A stretch of 64,000 nt of DNA. Source: Callorhinchus milii (taxonomy: Eukaryota). A program made the position numbers and the translations under genes. The DNA lies in assembly GCF_018977255.1 (NCBI RefSeq), contig NW_024704743.1, forward strand, positions 85,748,001 to 85,812,000, given 5' to 3'. Shown here in pieces: positions 12,576 to 26,224 of the stretch (positions are counted from its first letter, which is position 1; every line of letters starts with the position of its first letter). The notes under the pieces were generated by a model. It was not told the origin of the DNA, made no database searches, and was given only the letters and a program-made list of their open reading frames with translations.

Positions 12576-15084
12576 ACCCTCCTTTTCACTCTTTTTCAGA
12601 GATTTTTACAAAACAATATTTGTCTATTCTATACAATACTGCAGAGAAATGCCCAACAATCCTGCTGCTGGATGCATTGGTTAATCACAATGTAACAGGT
12701 GAAAATTAATTTTGCTTTACATCTTTATTCTGCAAAGCTTGTTGAATACACAGTTGTAACATTTTTTATTTGATTGGAGCTGTTGCTGATTGCAAGCACT
12801 TGTATAATATACATTGTTTGATCAACATCTGTCTGCTTTCATGAATGTACTAAGATGATCAAATTTACAATTTCTTTTATAAAAGTATGTATGAGTTGAT
12901 GAGCCATTTTACAAGCTCATTTACAAGTTGCAAAGCTGTGTTGTAATGGCTTGTCTTCACATCATATACATATAGCTTTATGGCATCAACTGATGCTCAA
13001 GACAACCCTCTGTGGAAAATGTAATAGGATAACCTGCCAGTCAGCATATTTTCATCACTTTGATATCTAAATTGCATTGTATAAAATGGTGATCATAAAT
13101 AATGTATCAAGTAAAATATCAATCACAGCACAAAGGCTACTGCTCACTTCACAGGGAAGCCGTCCATTTGGTCTACTTTACTCAAATAGTATTCAGCAGA
13201 AATTATATACCTATGAAGTGTAATACCTCACAACCAGAATAGCAAAATTATTTAAAGGTCACAAGGTACCCCAGCAACGCAAGATCTTATATCCCCCACA
13301 AATCCCAATCAAAATGTCACAAGTTTGAACTCCAGGATTGGTTTGGTGGAAGGAGTTGCTGCCGACTTTGCTGGATCACAGCTTGTTGGATATGACTGGA
13401 GTAGGGGTATTCAGGGGAGTTGGATGGGGAAGACAGATGTCTGATCACCATTAGATTTTTTTTAGAAAAGTTAGATATATCTTCCCACCGATTACATAAA
13501 CCTGAGATAAAATGCCTTTTTCACTTGCTAAATCATTGGTGTTAAAATACAAATAAAACATTCACATAGGAATATAGAATGTACAGGACCAGGACAAATC
13601 ATTATGGTTCATCTAGCTGAAATTTTGTTCTTTTTTTTCTTAAAAAACAAACTTTATTTTTGGCTGGCAGAATACCAAATGTCTCCTTTGATGTGGTACA
13701 ATATGTCCTGCACACAGTACACATAGACATACATAAAAGGACAGTTGACCACACTCTGCAACCATGCTGCTGTTCATTTTAAATGGGTAGATTACAGCTG
13801 AAGTGGCCTGAATGAACTGCACCAAATCTAATGTGCAAATCTGAGACTGCTCAATTTCTGTTACATTGGGAATACATCGCTCGACTGTACCCTCTACTAA
13901 TTAATTTGTGAAGAAACCTACAGCCCCTGACTCGTCATCTTGCTGTCTGCTCAGGTGACACTAGGCTGCTTGTCTTGGGTGAGGGGAAGGGGATGATAGA
14001 AAAAGTAATAAAATTATTCATTACTATTTAATTTGATATTAATGCCTTTAGCCAGAGGCAGTTCCATAATCTGAATGAACTGACCTGTGAACTGATGGTA
14101 TAATATTGCCAAATATTCAGCCACTGAATGAAATCACGTCGTCTCATTGACCTTTATTAACCTTTGACTGAAACCACCACGACCTCTATTCCAGTTATAC
14201 ACCCTTCTCATGCTAACGTCTGTAGCAACTGAGAGAACAAGTAATTACCAAAAAAAATGAACAAGTAGTACAGGGGAAGAATCTGACAAAATATGAACAA
14301 GATCAAGTTCACCTCATAGAATAATGGAGGAAACATAGAAGGAACATTAAGTTGACGCAAAGCTTGGTAGACATTTACCTTGAGTACAATAATATGCAAA
14401 AACTAATTCCAGAAGCAACTCGTAGAGGAGAATACAAAGGCATTTAAAGTACAACACATATTTTCAAAAATATATGGTCTAGAATCTGAGATAAAATAGA
14501 CAATAACGCAAATGACATGCACAAATGATGCATCACAAACAAGGATGAAGGGGAGAATTACTTGAATCAGCTACAAGGAATAAACAACAAGCAAAACTAC
14601 AAACATTGAAATCTACAGAATTCAGGGTAAAGATAGAGCAAAGCATACAAAATAATTTTAGGGAACCAGCTATTGAAAACAAACTGAACAAGACATGTAG
14701 GTCTATATATTGCTGCTGGCAGGTGTTACTGGCTATCTTCCCTTGCCAGATTTGCTTTTCATTGGTGAGCTGATTTTCTTTATTTTTTAAATTGTTTTGT
14801 CAGGGGTATTCAGGTGTATAAATGCTTAAAATGGTGAAAACCACAGATTTAAATAGAATAAAAGGAAAGCCTATCTGAATAGTGCATTTTAGACCAGACT
14901 TAAATGCCTAAAGACACATTTTGCATCCTTCTCATTGAGACTGTAACACCAGCTCCATGAAGGACTAATTTAAACAAAGCAGCTGTTAATGAAGGTTGTT
15001 TGTCCCTTTCATATCCTGGTAGGACACAGTGGCCAAAACAAGAGCCGGCAGTAAATCCGACTGAATTCTCCTTCCCATGATCAA

Positions 15085-15325
15085 CAGATTAGAAATATAG
15101 GAACATGCGGAAGCCATTCAGCACATTGAGACAGTTTATTCGATCATGGCAAATCTTTAAATCCCATTTCCCTGTCTTAACTCTATACCCCTTAATGCCC
15201 TTCCTTCCTAAGCATCTATCAATCAATCTCTCTCCCTTTTAAACATCCCTAATTGATTCTGCTCCATGCCCTTTTTGATACTGCGTTCCACATTTTTACA
15301 ACCTTCTTTGTGAGGAAATCTTGCT
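15085..15325 (-). mobile_element. CR1 3' end fragment
   Basis: gccattcagc...gatcatggc...catctatcaatc...gttccacatttttacaacc layout, as in 50530-50790. Confidence 0.7.
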
Positions 15326-15361
15326 TATTGGTTAATTTTTAGGTTATGTTCCCTTGTTTTA

Positions 15362-15925
15362 CAATACAAAATAACAGTTGTATAGCACCTTTCACATTGG
15401 GAGGATGTCCAAGGCGCTGGACAGTCAGGGATTTGTGATGGCAGGGAATGAGGGTTGGGATCACTGAGGGTGCAGGGCAGGGAGGGTAGGAGTGTGGTCG
15501 AGGGTGCAGTTGAAAAAGAAATTCTTGAGACATACCTTGAAGGAAGCAAGGGAGGGAGCGAGGCGAAGGGAATGTGGGATGGAGTTCCAAAGGGTGGGGC
15601 AGAGAAGCTGAAGGCCGAACCGCCAATGGTGGGGCAGGCCGGGCAGGGGCCATGGAATAGGCCGTAACCTGCTCATTGGAGGGAGCGGACAAGTTGATAT
15701 GGGGTTAGCAGGTCACAGAACTAGAAGTGGGCAAGGCTGTGGAAGGCCTTGAAGGCCTTTGGAGGGATGGGGAGCCAGTGGAGCCAGGCAAGGGTGGGGG
15801 TGATGGAGGACACGAGTTGCAGAGTTCTGGATGATCTGCATCTTATGGAGGGAAGAGTTGGGAAGGCTGACAAGCAGGTGGTTGGGGTATTTGAGCCTAG
15901 ATGCAATGAATGCGTGAGCGAGGAT
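15362..15925 (-). mobile_element. L2-clade LINE 3' fragment
   Basis: PTLWNSIPHSLRLAPSLASFKVCLKNFFF and LHWLPI; L2 tail. Confidence 0.88.
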
Positions 15926-15964
15926 TTGTTTTGGATCCTTTTATCAGAAAGAAGTCACCCAATA

Positions 15965-16165
15965 TCTCGCTTGTGTTTAACAGGATTACTGATACAATAA
16001 CACATTATTAATAGGATAAAACAAACCTGTCTCATGATGGTCTAATCCCAGTTCATGTTTCCTATTAGTAGATGAACAATCCAACGTTGGTGAATTCTGC
16101 TTCACAAGTTAGGAATTGGTGAAGGATGAAAAGCTCAAAACGTTTGGTCACTATAAACCAATTAT
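15965..16165 (-). pseudogene. Decayed 28S rRNA-derived fragment (domain V/VI region), copy 1
   Basis: aacctgtctcatgatggtcta, tgaacaatccaacgttggtgaattctgcttcacaa match the reverse complement of conserved eukaryotic LSU rRNA. Confidence 0.88.
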
Positions 16166-16189
16166 TATTTAAAACAGATGACTGCTTAA

Positions 16190-16700
16190 CTTCCTCAACT
16201 CTAAGGAATAAAAATAAAGTTTACCCAACCTTTCATCATAGCTTAGCCTCTTAGCCTAAATATTTTTCTAGCAAATTGACACCGGGTACCCTCCACAGCT
16301 TCCCTTCCTTTCCTAAGATTGTGTGCCAAAATTCAACACAAAATTCCAAAAGAAGTCTGAACAGTGCTCTAAATAATCAGAGCAGCACTTCTTTGCTCTT
16401 ATACTCTAGACTTGTTATGAAGTCTGGTTTCTCATTTGCTTTATTGATTGCTTTCTGCACTTGTGAAATAGAATTTAATGATTTATGGACTTGGGCCCCG
16501 AAGTCCCTTTGCTCATCTACTCCTCCTTGTGCCTGCCCGTTTAGAGTAAATTATCTTCTGCCATCCTTCCACCTTAGATTTTGTAATGTTAAATTCCATA
16601 TTGTCAGGGTGCCGCCCATGCACTTTTAATTTGTTTGCTTTAGCAATTTTCTGCTGTATTTGCTGTGTATTCAGCAAATTTAGAAACATCTCCCTCTGTT
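16190..16700 (-). mobile_element. Decayed CR1 fragment
   Basis: gccaaaattcaacacaaaattccaa, cagcaaatttaga (KFA..) RT remnants. Confidence 0.65.
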
Positions 16701-17361
16701 CGCAAATCAGGTGTCATTTTAGCTCCATTGGTATCATGTTTGGCTCTGGGTGACAAGATTGTGGGTTTAAGCTCCTTATTGAGATCCTGTTCTTAGAAAA
16801 CATAGGCCTAAAATATAAGATGACCTACATCTTTGACTAAACTGATTAAATGAGAAGTGGGACATTTAACATTGCTGCAGTTTAGGATAATCTTATAATT
16901 TTATTAACTGGGGTTAAGGCACAATACACATAGAGGAGAATTAGGTTTAGTCTGTATATGTTCATGTTATGTCTGGCCATGTTACGTCAATCTTGGGAGT
17001 GTTTGCTGCTGACAATATGGTATTCAAAAGAAAGCTGCATTGGCGTTCTTGCATAATATTTAAAGAAATCTAAAGAGAGTAACATGTCAGAATGGCACCA
17101 GCAGGTAAATTTATCTTGAAATTATTCTTACTTCCGTTGAATCACTCCCTTGCATCAGCGCTGATCAGCTTAGCTTACAGTTCCAGCGTGCAGGAGGAGA
17201 GATGCTTTCAACAAATGCCATTCTGAACTTAACCCTGAAAAGCAAGTGAAAATTGTACCTGGAGATAATGCACTAAACTTAAAAGATCACTAGTACAACT
17301 CCACAGCATCAATCTCTCTACACTCACTTATCCTCTGTTTCTCATTTTGTGTGCAACAAAC

Positions 17362-17607
17362 TCATGGAGAGAAATTCCAACCTAGCCTAGATTTACTCGA
17401 TTTAGGGAGCATTTGATGTTATCCAGAATTTGGTGAAGTCCTAAATTCAATCTTAATTTTGAAACAGGTTTTCTGTTAATTTCTTTCAAGTATTACAGAA
17501 AACTGGCTTCAAAGCTAGAACTGAATTCAACAATTTGCCAAATTCTGGACACCCCAAAATTCTCTATTAATCGAGTAAATCTGGACCCAGGGAGAATTTC
17601 TTCCTGA
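17362..17607. mobile_element. Imperfect ~245-bp palindrome, MITE-like, copy 1
   Basis: agatttactcgatt/aatcgagtaaatct, tccagaatttgg/ccaaattctgga and ttttctgt/acagaaaa arms are symmetric about ~17485. Confidence 0.7.
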
Positions 17608-18881
17608 TGATTTATGTATAAAAAAATTAATGTCTTTGCCTCTCACCCTTAATATCTTTTTGAGTATCTTCTTTATTTCCCACCTTAACTCCAGTCTCAC
17701 AGCTCAACTGCAAAATTGCATTCATTCTTGGCCCTTATGACAAGACCTGAAGACCTTCCTCTTCCATTGTGCCTATGGTCACCTCCCCTCTCACACTATG
17801 TTGGTGTTATGTTCCTCTACTTATGCACTGCGAGACACTAGCTCGCATGAGAATTGCTATATAAATGCAAGTAGTTCTTATTATTCATTTTGCATTTCAA
17901 ACTTTTTAAAAAATTAATCATGTTGGCAGTGAAGGAACCATTCCATTCTGCATCATCTGTAGTGAAATAGATTTTCAGGCAGATTCCTTACTCAAAATAC
18001 AAATTGCTTCAAACTATTACAGATACTGTGAAACACAGACAGATGGACGGGGACAACTAAGTGAGATCCTTTTATGTTACATAAAAAATGAAGCCCAAAA
18101 AGTGTGGAGCAACAAATCTGGAAGAACAGTCAGCAACTGCCCATGAAATGAAAAAAAATAGAGAACATACAATTCTCCAGATTGAGACCTCAATTTAGGT
18201 TGACGTAAACACAGATGCGAAACTGCAGATAAAATGCTTTAAGGAAAAGGCATACTTGGCAACAATTGTTTGTCAAATTGCATTGTAAATGCTAATTGGA
18301 ATCTAAATTGCAGTGTTGAATGGAGACCACTGGGGAGAATTGCTGCAAAGACAAGCTACCTTTAAACTTTCAAATGGTCTCTTGTGTAGCTATTACAATG
18401 GAGAGATGGGACTTTCATTTGGAAAATGTCTGGGAAATAGACTTATCAACGCAAGGGTATCTTGTCAAACCCAGCACTGGGATGTTAAGCTTGAAACGTT
18501 CTGTACTTACATGCCCCTTATTCCTTAATGTTCAAATGTATTCAGATTTATTTCTAAAGTGAAATTTTCATAGACTTACTCTGGACTCTCAGTTTTATGT
18601 TTAAAAAACTGAGACAAACTGGAAGAGGATGTTTTGTATAAAATCTACTCTCCAGTAACATCAGGATGAAAAGATTGGGGGCAGAATATTTGCTTCATCT
18701 TGTCACTGGAGAAATGTTTTTCTACAAAATGGTTATCGTTCCTCTGTTGTCCCTTATTCTGACTTTCAAACCATAAAATTCACAAATGTAGGACTGGGAG
18801 AAGTAAATAGATGCAATGATATCTTCCTAAACACATTTAAAATTTTTTGACAATTCACATCAACTCTCTTACCAAACCAGG

Positions 18882-19145
18882 TGTCAACCAAGCTCAGTCG
18901 GGAGCACTCTTGCCTCTAAGTCAGAAGATCGGGGCTTCAAAGCCCCCGTTGGGACTTGAACGTACATAGAGTAAGATGACAGTCAAATGCAGTGGGGGAG
19001 GTGTGCTGCATTCGAAGGTGCCGTCCTTCAGATAAGATGTTTAAACCCTCAATGACCTCTGCCTGTTCAGGTAGACATTAAACATCCCATGGCACTTTTC
19101 AAAAAGAAAAGGAAGCTTCTCCTTGTGTCCCAGCCTGGCCAACCA
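18882..19145 (+). mobile_element. Deu-domain SINE, 5' portion
   Basis: gctcagtcgggagcactct head; ggtgccgtccttcagataagatg; gcctgttcaggtagacattaaacatcccatggcac. Confidence 0.85.
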
Positions 19146-20370
19146 TCCCTTTCCATTCTCCTGTGGAAGGGAACACCACTCCTGAAGCATTGGATCAGCA
19201 TAATGTACTTCCATTTAAGTAGTTTTCAGGTGCATGATTTAGATTTCCTATGAAGGGATCCCATTAAAACTGCTACAAATTAGACGGATCCCATTTTAAA
19301 GAATGAGCAAACTTCAGCCTCCTAAAATAATTGAATAAATAATAATCCTTGAATTCGATATAACACCTGAGTCAAATATTGTTCTTGCGAATTAATTCAG
19401 AATTGTCAGTTCAAAAAGTTTTACAAAGCTTTTCACATCGGGAAGATGTCTTTCATGTTGGGAGGATAGAGCTTGTCAAAGGGCTTCACAGAATTTACTG
19501 CAAAGTGTAGTGACTGTGTATTTTGTAGGTGAATGCAGCAGCCAATTTGTGCACAGCAATGTCTCCAAACAGCCATGAAATAAATACCCAATTTTATCAG
19601 AGTGATTGTTGATCAGGATACTGGGAGAAACAAAAATATTAAAACTGATAATTGTTGAGACTGCAATTCTTGACAATCTTCAGGAGGAAATTTTTCATAT
19701 CAAATGGACCATTGATGTGTTGTCAGAATAAATCACAGAGCAAATCGTTATCCTATACCGAAAGATAAATGTCTGAGGGACTCCAGCCAGCAATCCTTGA
19801 AACAGAATAGCAAAGAACTCTATGCATAGATCTGCTCCTTTATATATAAGACAATTAGTTTTTAATAAAGCATGCGAGGACAGGGTGTTTTATCACAGTC
19901 AAATTCATTTTACAGTTGTTAAAACTCAAATCAAGCTTGTCGAGAAATAAGTGCTCTGAAAATGCAGAGTTTGAAAGGACACTGAATCCCGATGATTCTG
20001 CTAATCGATTACCCAGCCATGAGGATGGCCATGGCTAAATGCAAGCTTTCATCAGAGTTCACAGAGGTCAGCACAGACTATCTTGGCACTGCATGTTGCA
20101 TTGTAAATGAGCCAAAACAAAATGACATTGATATAGCCTTTAACTTTGGTGCATTGAAACCACACATGTCAACTGATCCTAACAGGATCGCTTTCATTTC
20201 ATGCACAGATCTGTTTATCACATTGTCAGCAGCTCATAGTTTAGCATTTAAATCAAAGTTCCTCCTTATTAGTAATTCTGTTAGTCCTGCTTTCTAATTA
20301 CTTCAGCTTAACCCTTTGGGCTTGCTGAAAGGCATTTTCAGCTTTCAAAGTGTGCCCTATTCTTCGAGTG

Positions 20371-20765
20371 TCAGCCTGGCTCAGAAGCACTCTCCCCTCT
20401 CAGTTGGAAGATTGCAGGCTCAAGCCCCACATCAGGATTTAATAATAATTCTTTGATATGATGTACGACTTTTCACATCTGGAGGATGTCTCAGTGCAAT
20501 GTCTGTGTATTTTGTAGATGAATACAGCAACACAACTGCACACAGCAATGTCCCACAAACAGCTACAAAATGAATCACCAATTTTATTTTGGGGATTTTT
20601 GCCAGGACATTGGGAGAAACTCCATTTTCTTTTTGAATAGTGCTCATGGGATCGTTAGCGTCCAATTGAGTTGGCAGACAGGGCCTTTGTTTAATGTCTC
20701 ATCTTGTGATGTGCTTTGAGATGGCCTCCTAATATAAAAGACGCTATATCAAATGCAAACATTAA
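20371..20765. mobile_element. Composite Deu-SINE: plus head, minus body with tail, plus tail
   Basis: Head 20371-20430 (+), body about 20440-20704 (-), tail about 20705-20765 (+). Confidence 0.7.
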
Positions 20766-21659
20766 ATGTTGCTTTAAGAGCATTTTTATAAGGAGCTTTC
20801 CCTCAGTAAGTTAAGTAAGTAGGATAGAGTGTATGAAAGGTGATTTGTGAAAGGAGGAGGCTCACTGGGCCTAATGTTCTCTCCTCATTTCATATTTTCT
20901 TATGTTCATTCATGTTCCAGGTATCAAGTTTTTTCCTTCTAAAAGAGTCAAATGAGAACAGTCAGTCTATGAAGGTGAAAGCTCCTGCATGTATTGCTTC
21001 CACTCTGTCAAATAACATCTGACAGTAAGAAATGCCTCTTGTTAAGTACAAGCAACCCATTTGGCTTAAGCGCAGATTGAACTGAAGTGTTTGAACAGAT
21101 TGATTTTAAATTAAACAGTTTAATTTTTTCTTCATCAGTTATGAGAAGAAAGGTGTCTTTCATCAGAAGACGTCAGTGAGTGGTTAAATAAATGGGCAGG
21201 AGGGAATCAGTTGCTGGCAAGTGACCTTTCTCAGAGAGAAGAAACTTCTACAGGAAAGATGATCTGCATGCTGTTTGATGGGGAGCTAAGCTGGATTGCA
21301 AAAAAAAATCATGAACACAGTTATGGGGATTCATTTAAACTAGACTTAAAGAGTGAGCTATGAATGCCTTGGGAGATAAGAATGAGCTGAGGCCTGTGAA
21401 TGATCAGGGGCGGTTTGCAAAGCGAAGGGAAAAGAGAAAATACAATAAAAGAATAAAATGGAGGAAGAGATGTATTCAGCTCAGATGCTTTTATACAATT
21501 GCGATGTGCACCGGCAATGAACTTTCAACAACAACAAATTGCACTTATATAATGCCCTCCACGCAAGGTAGTACCTCAGAGCGCTTTCAGAATCAGAGGC
21601 GTATAGAGCCAGTGAACGTATCAACATTTTTATCAGCAGAAAAGTGTGTCTGATAAAAG

Positions 21660-22510
21660 AAAGTGACCATGAGATGGGACTATAAGGGTACGACTGGGAG
21701 GTTTTACAAGGACGAACCTATGAAACTAGGTGGTAAAGTGGTGTTGTTATTAAGGGAAAATATAATAGCTATTGACAGGGAGATGTAGTTGCAGAAGGAG
21801 AGATGGATCAAGCTATCTGGGTACAAGTCAGTAATGATAAATGTAACAAAATAGTAATTGGCAACTCCTATCGATCTCCAACACATGCTGAACAAATAGA
21901 TACAGATTTGTTTAGGCAGCCAAGGGAGGCTAATGTGATAATCATAGGGGAGGCAAAGCAGTTTGTCCAGGAACAAACAGAGGGTGAAAAGAATCTACCA
22001 TAAAGGTCTTCGAGGTAATCAGTAACAGCCTCTTAACACAACATGTGAAGCAGAGAATGGAGGAGATGCTACTTTACATGTGGTGTTAACAGTTGACCAG
22101 AAAGGACCACTAACTTGGAGTTATGATGTTATAAGTTATAACTTACGGATATGATCAACTTTTATAAAAACACTGGTTAGGTCTTAGCTAGAGTACTGTA
22201 TTCAGTTCTGGGCACCACACTTTAGGAGGCATGGCAAGGCATTGGAGAGGGTTCACAGAAGATTTACCAGGATGGTAAAAGGAATGAGGGACTTCGGTTA
22301 TGTGGAGAGGCTAGAGAAGCTAGGATTATTCTCCTTGGACCAGAGAAGGTTAAGAGGAGACTTAATAGAAGTTTTCAAAATTATGGGGGGATTTGATAGG
22401 GTGAACAAGAAGAAACTATTTCCACAGGCGGGTGGGTCGGTAACCCAAGGACACCAATTTAAAATATTTGTTGAAAGAATCAGAAGGGAGGTGAGAAGAA
22501 TTGTTTTAAG
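21660..22510 (+). mobile_element. CR1 LINE fragments (endonuclease remnant plus RT C-terminus)
   Basis: IVIGNSYRSP; ERVHRRFTRMVKGMRDFGYVERLEKLGLFSLDQRRLRGDLIEVFKIM. Confidence 0.88.
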
Positions 22511-22814
22511 TGCATCCCTTAGAGCAGCCTGTAAATTAATTTGTTAGTTTAATATGTATTCTCTAGGCTTGCTCTGTAAGAGAGGCAAAATCCACGTTCT
22601 CCCTGGCTTAAAGTATTTTTTTCCCCGTTCAGGACTGGGCTATATGCTTGTCTGCCTTTGGGGAATCAGGAATATCTACACGGATCAATTCTCCAAGTCT
22701 ATGGAAAGAGTGGGCTTGATGGAAAGAGAGTTCCATTATTGTGTAATCTTATTAAAGCATTCTGAAGTGTTTCACAGGCAATAACCGTCAAGTTTAATTA
22801 TTGTACCCCGCAGA

Positions 22815-23510
22815 GCCAGTCCGGAACCTCGGTGTCCTGTTTAATGCTCACTATCCTTTAAACATCACATCCATGCCATGACTCCTTATGCCTTCCTCTA
22901 TCTTTGCAACATTGCCTGCATCTGCCACTGCCTCTTCCCTTAGGCTGCTGAGATCCTTATTCACTCATTCATCATGTCTAGGCTCAAATATGCTGACTCC
23001 CTGCTTGCCAGACTTCCAAACGTTCCCGCTACAAGCTGCAGATTATTCAGAACTCTGCAGCTCATATCTTCTCCTGTAAAAACTCTGTGAACTCATCACC
23101 CCCATTGGTGCTCAGCTCCACTAGCTACCCATCCTTTAGAGGATTGAGTTTAAAATACTCTTCCTCACTCCGCTGTCTTGTTCCTCTCTATCTCTGTGAC
23201 CTATTAACACCATAACATTCTGTTCTCTCCCTCCAGTCTGCTTCATGTCCCCTGATCTGACCACCCCACCATTGGTGGTCCCACCTTCAGCATTTTTGCC
23301 ACCAGCTTGCTCCCTCCATCATCTCCTTCAAGGCCAGTCTCAAGACTTCCCTCTTTGACCATGCTATCGGCCACCATCCCAACACCCCCTACCCTCCACT
23401 GCTCTTGATTTCAACCCCTAGCTTGGGTGCAAACCTTAACTGTCCAGCACCTTAGGATGCCCTTCTGACATGAAAGGCGCTATGTAAATGTAATTTTGTT
23501 GTCGTTGTCC
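22815..23510 (+). mobile_element. Decayed L2 3' fragment
   Basis: gtccggaacctcggtgtcctgttt, aagctgcagattattcagaactctgcagc; tail gaaaggcgctatgtaaatg(TTG). Confidence 0.85.
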
Positions 23511-23799
23511 ATTTGCACCAAAATAGTCTTACAAGCAACCATGAGATGATCCAGAGCAATGCTGACCAGGACGTATTACCTTTGTTTCATGCCAAGGTTT
23601 CTTAAATTACCCATTTAAATGTAATTACCCAATACATAATTGTCTCTTGTTCAATTCTAAAGGAGGAAAATTATGCATTGATTTTTAACCTTGTAATAAT
23701 AACTTGTAGGTCATTTCTTTCATGTCAGCAATTCTTTCTGGCAGGGCGTGGCAGTGGGAGTGGGGGATTAAGACTGAGCTCAGGAGTCAATCCTCTGTG

Positions 23800-24240
23800 G
23801 TGGTTCGAGTTCAAGATCCTCGTCCTCACCTTTAAGGTCATCCATGGCCTTGCCCCCTCCTACCTCTGACCTGCTGACTCCCTACGAGCCTGCCCGCTCC
23901 CTCTGTTCATCGGGCTTCAGCCTGCTCCATGTCTCCCGCCCGACCCGCCCTACCATCGGTGGCCGGGCTTTCAGCCTCTCTGCCCTCACACTCTGGAATT
24001 CCATCCAACGATCCCTTTGCATCGCTTCCTCCCTTGCCTCCTTCAAGGTCGGTCTCAAGACCTTTCTCTTCGACCGTGCCTTTGGTCTCCCTCTCACCTC
24101 TCACCTCTCTGACTTCCCTCAGCCCTACACCACCCTCCCTCCCCCATGCTCGGGCCCCGACACCTGACTGTTCAGCACTTGGGACGTCCTCCTGACTTGA
24201 AAGGCGTTCTATAAATGTAATTTTGTTGTTGTTGGTGGTG
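23800..24240 (+). mobile_element. Younger L2 3' fragment
   Basis: EFKILVLTFKVIHGLAPSYL and GGRAFSLSALTLWNSI...FKVGLKTFLFDRAF; CpG retained. Confidence 0.92.
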
Positions 24241-25984
24241 GTCTCGGTAGTCTGAGCCAGGCAGGTCTGCAGGTCCAAGGTACTGCTCATAACAGACTAA
24301 TTAGCTATTGACAGGAACTTGGAGAAGCAGATCAATCACTGGCGGCAAGAATTCTTCCCACTTAACTTCTGTTAACCCTGCAAGCCAAAATCCTAGTGGG
24401 TAAGATGATTCTAACTGGAGAAGTAATGGAAAGCTTGCTAGGCAGAGTGTGCAATAGCAAAGTTATACATTTTTAGGTGATTAATCTCCAGTTAAAACTG
24501 AAAACACACTCTGGAGTCCCCAAGCCGTGGCTCTTGCCAACTCTCTGGATTTAGGTTAGCAGTGTGTATTCCCCCCATGGAGAGAGTGTCCAATCCTTTG
24601 CAGATTCAGGGAGATCATGTGTAGGTGGTATTTATATATATGGAATTCTCTGTCTGGTTTGGATTCTTTTAAGCATGGTGCTGGGTTTTTTCATATGTCA
24701 GGCAACCGGGTGACCAAAATAAATTGTCATCTAAGCTTAGTTCAATTCCTTGATGAGTTTACCAAGGAAAGCTCTCTGTCTCCCATTTTTAACACCCTAT
24801 CATTTTGTTAGGAAGGTCGGGAGAGATTCTCAGAGCTTAGAAAAGGTACTATAAAGATGGTTGAGGCTTTTGTGGTATTTCCTAGTAGGATGTTTTAATA
24901 AAGAATCCAACTTTTGTACTTAGGAACTCCTTCAATATAACTAAAAATATATCATTGCCAACCCATGGGAACTACGCTTCTACACAATCTACTTCTAATA
25001 GGAATTCTAATAAGATTCTCATTCAAGGAATGCTTAAATTAAACCAAGTGGCTCAAATCAATTGAACGCAGCCCTTCAAGAAAGAATCTTTTTTCCCTCT
25101 ACAAATATTGGCAGGTGGAATTAATATGGAGTTCATACAGAAACAACCATTGAGATCAGACTTGAAAAGAGACAATTGGAGAAAACTATGAATGAAGGGC
25201 AGGGGAGAGGTCAGCTGTGCCAGGAATGATCTGTAGAACTTGACAGAAAATCCATCTGTGCCTTAAGGTACATTTTTCATGGAAGTAGTACCTGTTTGAG
25301 TTTGATACAGAGATGATGAAAGCAGATCTAACTGCAAGAGATTTGAAGATGGGGAACCGCTGTCAATATTAATGTTGAATTACATAATTGGCTTTTGGAA
25401 ATGATTATTCCATTGAATATTCATATCTAAGCTATCCAATAGATGGCTGTATCTGCAAACCCATAGCATCAGACTAAAGTGTCATTAGAGACAAAATGAG
25501 AAGCTCTGGTATTTTTGCAGTCGAATAGCGTACTGGTTCTGTTTTAACTGTCTGTTCTAATTGCACTGTGGCCCAAGGGTATTGCGGTGGTGTGATCTAG
25601 CTGTGGAGTCTGACAAAAATTTTCAAGCACTGCAAAATCCAGTTAAAATAACGTGTTAAAATCACGATGAATTAAGACTGGTTATGAGATCAGTTCCATT
25701 TGATTTAAGTCCTATTCCCCTGATGAGCTGTTCATCTGGAAAGAAATTGAATCGAATAGAACTGTGTCATTTTTATCTAGGTGAACAGAATTTTTTATGG
25801 AGGTTTGAGTTTGTCAATTAGATTATTAATATTGCATAATTCTTGATATCACAATCTTTTTACAGGAGTCAATCACTAGAAACAAAGCAGCTCAGCCCCT
25901 TCATCTGGAACACATCAAAACTATTCACTTTATTATGAAATATATCATCAAGTAATATTATCTTTAACATTGTTTAACATACCA

Positions 25985-26224
25985 CTCCCTTTCCACCTGG
26001 CTGTAGATTTGCTCTGTTAATGTAACGTTTTACAGCATCCATAATTTGGCAAATTGTTGAATTAATTTTTAACTTTGAGGTGGATTTTCTGCCGTTCTTA
26101 AAATAATTTACAGAAAAAACAGCCAAAAAATTAAAGCTGTGTTTAAGAATTTAACCAATTTTGGATTATCTAAAATATTACATTATTAGAATAAATCTAA
26201 ACCCATGTGGATATTTCTCCCCAT
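25985..26224. mobile_element. MITE-like palindrome, copy 2 (more decayed, opposite orientation)
   Basis: aatttggcaaattgttgaatt is the reverse complement of 17524-17544; colinear similarity through tttctccccat. Confidence 0.6.

Noticed and set aside
11832..12695. 287-aa ORF as a host gene
   Set aside because: Frameshifted L2 ORF2 fragment running into flanking DNA.
14200..14700. A-rich, coding-like stretch
   Set aside because: Multiple stops and no recognisable motif; left unassigned.
15965..16165. Functional rRNA gene
   Set aside because: Short, heavily mutated and without surrounding rDNA.
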